Source of the DNA: Bdellovibrionales bacterium
Lineage (GTDB): Bacteria; Bdellovibrionota; Bdellovibrionia; Bdellovibrionales; UBA1609
DNA length: 64,000 nucleotides
NCBI GenBank assembly: GCA_965219095.1
Contig: OZ244719.1
Location: 546,142 to 610,141, forward strand
Reading direction: 5' to 3'
This document shows, piece by piece, positions 62,233 to 64,000 of the stretch. The notes under the pieces are model-generated. The model did not search any database and was not told where the DNA came from. It saw nothing but the letters and a program-made list of their open reading frames with translations. How positions within the stretch are numbered: position 1 is the stretch's first letter; the number at the start of each line of letters is the position of its first letter. The translations under genes were made by a program, and so were the position numbers.

Positions 62233-63765
62233 GTAACTGCTCACTCTCGTAAGTTTTTATTTAAAGCCATAGAGATGGCTTCTAAAGAAGAATACCCTTT
62301 ATTTCTCATTGTTTTAACATAGCTGGTAATGCGACAAAAATATTTCGCCATTTCTTCTGTTCTGAAACACCCTGACACTTTCTTTTTCACTTTAGTCATT
62401 CTTAGATCTCTTTCAGCTCTGTTGTTAGTAGGATCTACGTTCTTTCTTTTAGCAAAACACAGTATTTCTGCTTCATACTTTTTAAATCGCAGCCAAAGGT
62501 TTTGAGCTTGTGTATGCTTTATTCGTCCTTTCTTGCCATTTTTTTTAGGAAATTCTGGAAGCTCTTTTAAGCCTTTTGTAAGAATACTCCTATACCTTCT
62601 CTGAAGAGTTTCGCACTCTTTTTGAGTCAGAACTCTTGACTCTTTTTTATGAACTAGCTCCACAGTCTCTTTAAGAAGTTTTTTGAGATTTGTAGCCCAT
62701 TTGAATCCATTGCTTTCTTCTATAAATTTAAGCTCTCTCAAAAGGTGAGCCACACACAAAGCATGAGTTATCTTATCATAACAAAAGTAAGGACTCCAAC
62801 AATCATGCACAAGCACTCCTGCATATCTATCCAAGAGACCAATATCTTTTATGGCTTCCCTTCCACCTGAAAGGTGGAGAAACTGCAAGACTAATTCTCC
62901 TGAACTATAAGTATGAATCCAGTAGTTTTTACCCTTAACCCTCATAGAGGTCTCATCAACATGAATGACCTCTGATTCAAGTATCTTTTCTTTCATCTGC
63001 TCTTCCCAACTTTTAAGAAACTCTCCTAATTCAGCAATGTATCTCAACATAACTGCAGGAGAAATCATTCGACCTATAAGCCCCATGTAATGTTCCCCAA
63101 CACGCTCTAAAAGACAGCATCTGAACTATAATGAAATTGATGATGGAAGCTCTAATGCCTATACCATACTGAAGAGGACCACTCATACCTTTAGGGAATT
63201 GACCTTTATTTCTAGCTCCACATGAGGGACAATCCTTAACTTCAGAAGTTACAGTATGGGTTTGAATTTCATAAAAAATATCAATCTTTTTACGCTTTTC
63301 AAGGCTTTTTACCTCTGCTGTCTTTAAACACATCCCACACTGAGAACACTCTGAGGGAAAGACAGTCTCCTCACTGTTTGTATCTTTACTGTTATCAAGT
63401 CTAGAGCCCTTTTTTTGACTCCCACTAGCTTTCTTATTACGATTCCCTTGACGACTAAAATCTTGCGAAGGAGGAAGACCGCTGTTGCTGGAATTTTTTC
63501 GAACCTGTTTTTCTAAAAACACAACAATCAGAATGTTCACAACCTTAAAGAGAGATTCAACAATCACAGAAATCTCAGTAGGCACAGAACCTTTCTTTGC
63601 AAACTTATCAAAGTCACTTCTTATATTTTTAATCTCATTTCTGATGGAGGTCTTATTTATTGTCATTTGAAAAAAGTATTTAAAAGAAAATCTGTAAGAG
63701 CAAGACTTTTATCTTAAAACAGGTCTAAAGTTAGGGATAACTGAACAATGTAGGTGAGCAGTTAC
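62233..63765 (-). mobile_element. Single-gene IS66, full length, one frameshift
   Basis: IRs at both ends; ORFs 63031-63666 and 62241-63086. Confidence 0.92.
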
Positions 63766-63956
63766 AAATTTTCATATTCTCCTTGAACTTGAAAACCTTT
63801 TTCAAGTTTTTGTTTTTGATTTTCGTGCCAAACATAAGCCTCAGCCTTGTTTGCGAAATATCGACTTTCAAGTCTTATACCTCTCACATAAACTTCTGCA
63901 CGATAAAAAATTTTTTTGTTGTTTTTTTTCTTACGATAAATCTTAGTTACTGACAT
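63766..63956 (-). pseudogene. N-terminal (arm-binding-like) part of the tyrosine integrase
   Basis: AGGAG RBS; YRAEVYVRG...SRYF..K.EA..W; ends in GAAAATTT, the same 8 bp that begin the C-terminal part at 60759. Confidence 0.8.
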
Positions 63957-64000
63957 GATTTGAACTCCTTTTGTTTAACCCATGCCTGAATGCTCTTGGG

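Noticed and set aside
1-64000. Alternative genetic code as the cause of broken ORFs
   Set aside because: Core genes end normally at TAA or TGA and read through without internal stops; breaks are almost all in IS copies and mostly frameshifts.

Overview
AT-rich bacterial chromosome segment (about one-third GC by eye), most consistent with a Bdellovibrionota/Bdellovibrionales-like organism. The assignment rests on the Agl-Glt gliding cluster, the proS-pyrF-rlmB order, fadIJ, maeB and eno-ftsB-polA, and is an inference. Intact housekeeping blocks (2.2-6.8, 19.5-31.3 and 34.4-54.3 kb) alternate with dense nested insertion-sequence graveyards. These hold two IS66 types, two IS630 types, two IS5 types, IS982, IS256, IS3, ISL3 and IS481, a pattern typical of early genome decay in a host-associated lineage. 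Main observations: (1) a tyrosine integrase split by IS66 at an 8-bp duplicated target, with its halves now inverted, next to arm-type repeats and a tmRNA-like att core; (2) a palindromic fold-back MITE built from a single IS5 end; (3) a complete Agl-Glt operon with an apparent GltD-GltE fusion and a frameshifted gltG; (4) two structured non-coding islands that may be orphan IS110-type (bridge/seek RNA) ends; (5) several orphan secreted or lipoprotein modules. No rRNA, intact tRNA or CRISPR array was found.
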